Part shown: piece after piece, positions 61,268 to 64,000 of the stretch
Position numbering within the stretch: the first letter of the stretch is position 1
How the letters are laid out: the number at the start of each line of letters is the position of its first letter
From: Eledone cirrhosa
Taxonomy: Eukaryota
Direction: 5' to 3'
Assembly: GCA_964016885.1 (NCBI GenBank)
Contig: OZ024743.1
Span: forward strand, 31,310,001-31,374,000
Length of the DNA: 64,000 bases
Program-made: the position numbers and the translations under genes
The notes under the pieces: generated by a model
Told to the model about the DNA's origin: nothing
Database searches by the model: none
The model's input: the letters and a program-made list of their open reading frames with translations, nothing else

Positions 61268-61532
61268 GAGGTTTTCAAATACAAGTCGATGTTGAACGGT
61301 ATGTCAAATCTATTTATCTATAAAACTGTCTATATTGTATTATGTCTGAGGAAGGCATAGCATATTGTTAATATGATATCCCTGAAATATATATAATGAA
61401 ATAAATATGGTTTTATAAGTATAGTTTCCATTTATTTAATATCGTAAATATACTCCAAATACTTGTCGAGTGCTTTTATATCAGTTATAAATATTTACTA
61501 GTTGTAACCCAACAATTTAAATATAACTTTCC
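61268..61532 (+). mobile_element. Solo family B pLTR with HHR at 61338-61403 (core CTGAGGA)
   Basis: Closely matches the reverse complement of 32900-33150; (TA)n on both sides. Confidence 0.85.
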
Positions 61533-61542
61533 ATATATATAC

Positions 61543-61591
<49 letters not shown>

Positions 61592-61636
61592 CATATATAT
61601 ACATACATATATATATATATACATATATATATGTAC

Positions 61637-61683
<47 letters not shown>

Positions 61684-61684
61684 C

Positions 61685-61757
<73 letters not shown>

Positions 61758-62527
61758 CCATTTGTAGTATAAAGCTTCTGCTTCGAAATGGTGTTACCTT
61801 TATGTAGCACTCAAATGTCTAGACGTTTATGGTATAGAATTATGTATTGCGATACAATTGAATATAACTTATAGTCTGAAAGCAAGGACTATCATTTTAT
61901 AATCATACGTTTAACTTTAAAAAACACATCGTTGTTTAGAGAAAATACCAAATATGTTTACCTTATCGTTTTATGTTTAATTCTCACGTATTTTTTGAAA
62001 AATGATTGTTTGTCTTTAGAAATAACTTAAGCTGATAACTGATCTCTTTTTCCAGCTGAGATATGTTTTTTATAGTTATAACAAAGACGAAAATACCTAT
62101 GTTTCAAACGTATCTTTTAAAATATTCTCTTTTATCACACCGATACTCTCATAACTATAGGCGTCTCCATGTCTGTAAAATAATAATGTTCTGTGATTAT
62201 TTGTTTACATGAGTTAATGTAAGATAAGACCTAACCAACATCAATAGACAATCACTATATATTTGACATCGAATATATCGATTTGGGTGGGTAATTCAGC
62301 ACTCACACACACACACATATGTATATATATATATATATATATATATCATTTAAGTTATTATGATCACCGAAGGGTAGAACTGCTGGTTCTGGCAGGCAAA
62401 TCCTGATGTATCAAATCAATCAAAGACTCATACGTTATGCACGTCATCTATTGTAGAAGTGGTATCCACTGTTTGGAGGAGGAACGGAGTAAAGTATTTA
62501 TAAAACGAAAACAGAAAGCCTTTATAC

Positions 62528-62528
<1 letters not shown>

Positions 62529-62599
<71 letters not shown>

Positions 62600-62604
62600 C
62601 TATC
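62529..62604. repeat. (TATC)n microsatellite
   Basis: Direct reading. Confidence 0.95.
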
Positions 62605-62962
62605 TGACGTGCGGTAGATCGCTGGTAAGTTTTTGTAAAATTGCCTATACAAAAACAGAATGTATTGAGTGAAAATTTATATTGTTTGATAGATTAACAC
62701 CCAGGCTGAACATGAAGCTGGGTGGTAATCTCAGTTTTCGCCCCACAGGGGCAAAAATCTAATTAAAAAAATTATTGAGATATTTTAAAAATGTTCCTAA
62801 CTTTAATAATGCGTGACTTACAGGGAACGCTAGACAGCGAGAAGAGAGGGAAAGAAGCAGATATAAGCATTATATTTCCCTCTCCTTCCATAGAAGTATC
62901 TATTGAGACAAACAACAACCAAACTTCGTTTGGTAAAGAAATGGATATTTACACAACAAAAG

Positions 62963-64000
62963 ATGAAAATAACAGCCGACAAAAGACACAAAGAAAATAC
63001 AGAAAATGCAGAAATTGAAACAATTGACACAACTACACACGAAAAAACCGACAACAACAACAAAATTGAAAAAGCAACATTCGCACAGACTGTGACAAAC
63101 AAATCAGAGTACAAACACATCGACATAAGCAACTCCAAAAAAATGTTGACCGATGCAAAACAATTCATAACCTTTGAAGAAAAGGGTGGGTTTCATATAA
63201 ACTCACCCTTGGAAATTAAACGAAAAACAGTTCGAAGGACAGTAACCTTCAGAACTGTTTCAAATCAAACGAAAAAACCGGTATTCCTCAGTCAAGGGGA
63301 ACTTGAAACCACATTGAAAGAGGCTCTGCCGGACATTGATTTTATGCAGAGGACCAGACTATATGGAAGTATTTCGGTACTTTTTAAAAGCGAGCCCCTC
63401 GCACAAAAGCATTCTGTTACACCAGTCATCACAAAAACACACACTTGTTCCCTACTTACATGTGAAAAAGAACAACACATTAAAATAAATAATATACCAC
63501 CAAACATCAACATTTGCTGGATCTTAGCAGGATTCATAGAGCCAGAAAGTGATACAGTTCTTTCGGTCAGGAAGTCGACCAGACAAAGGTGGGCAGGGAC
63601 AAATTTGAAAATTCTGATACAAATGAAACCAGAAATAATTTCCAAAATACCCGAAATAGTGCTGGTCGACAACCAAAACTACATAAACGTTGTAACTGAG
63701 GGCAGAAAGTCACACTGTTTTCGATGTGCAAGCACATCACACCTAAAAGCCTCCTGCCCTTTACAAACAAATCTTTTAAAAAAAGTACTTTTACCAACAC
63801 AAGCACCAAAACAATCATCACCACCACCGCAACCACCACTGCAGCAACAACACACAAAACAAGCAAGCACACCCAAACAAACAACCACTCAACTACAAAC
63901 AACACAAAAAACACAGACAGTACCGCTGAAGAACCACAACCCCACCTCACCTCACTCAATCCAACACTACCACAAACACACACACCAAAACACCATCACC
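62963..64000 (+). CDS. Gag-like ORF1 of a non-LTR retrotransposon, running off the window
   Basis: Hand-translated frame open from ATG 62963 to the end; CCHC knuckle CFRCASTSHLKASC at 63716-63757, followed by a P/Q/T-rich region. Confidence 0.7.
   Translation, partial: MKITADKRHKENTENAEIETIDTTTHEKTDNNNKIEKATFAQTVTNKSEYKHIDISNSKKMLTDAKQFITFEEKGGFHINSPLEIKRKTVRRTVTFRTVSNQTKKPVFLSQGELETTLKEALPDIDFMQRTRLYGSISVLFKSEPLAQKHSVTPVITKTHTCSLLTCEKEQHIKINNIPPNINICWILAGFIEPESDTVLSVRKSTRQRWAGTNLKILIQMKPEIISKIPEIVLVDNQNYINVVTEGRKSHCFRCASTSHLKASCPLQTNLLKKVLLPTQAPKQSSPPPQPPLQQQHTKQASTPKQTTTQLQTTQKTQTVPLKNHNPTSPHSIQHYHKHTHQNTIT

Overview
AT-rich, repeat-saturated metazoan DNA. The SINE and LINE tails resemble octopus repeats, so a cephalopod source is my inference. 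I can identify no host gene, and there is a 200-N gap at 11084-11283. Positions ~1-42500 are interrupted (TA)n microsatellite packed with nested retroelements: one decayed Neptune-type Penelope-like element (PLE), two decayed Hydra-type PLEs with inverted pseudo-LTRs, a 5'-truncated CR1/L2-group LINE, and many short non-coding islands. By hand I read 27 type-I hammerhead ribozyme (HHR) motifs in 12 distinct sequence families, one in almost every island. They occur as solo modules, tandem retrozyme-like repeats (468, 518 and ~588 nt) and fold-back palindromes with one ribozyme per strand, always pointing outward into (TA)n. Three families use a U3-A8 core instead of C3-G8, two share a C.A mismatch closing stem II, and eight have a family-specific self-complementary stem/loop III. 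The right third holds old RTE fragments, a deleted mariner, tRNA-type SINEs with target-site duplications, and the start of a zinc-knuckle ORF1. The long YIYI ORFs are microsatellite artefacts. All folds were read by eye and not computed.
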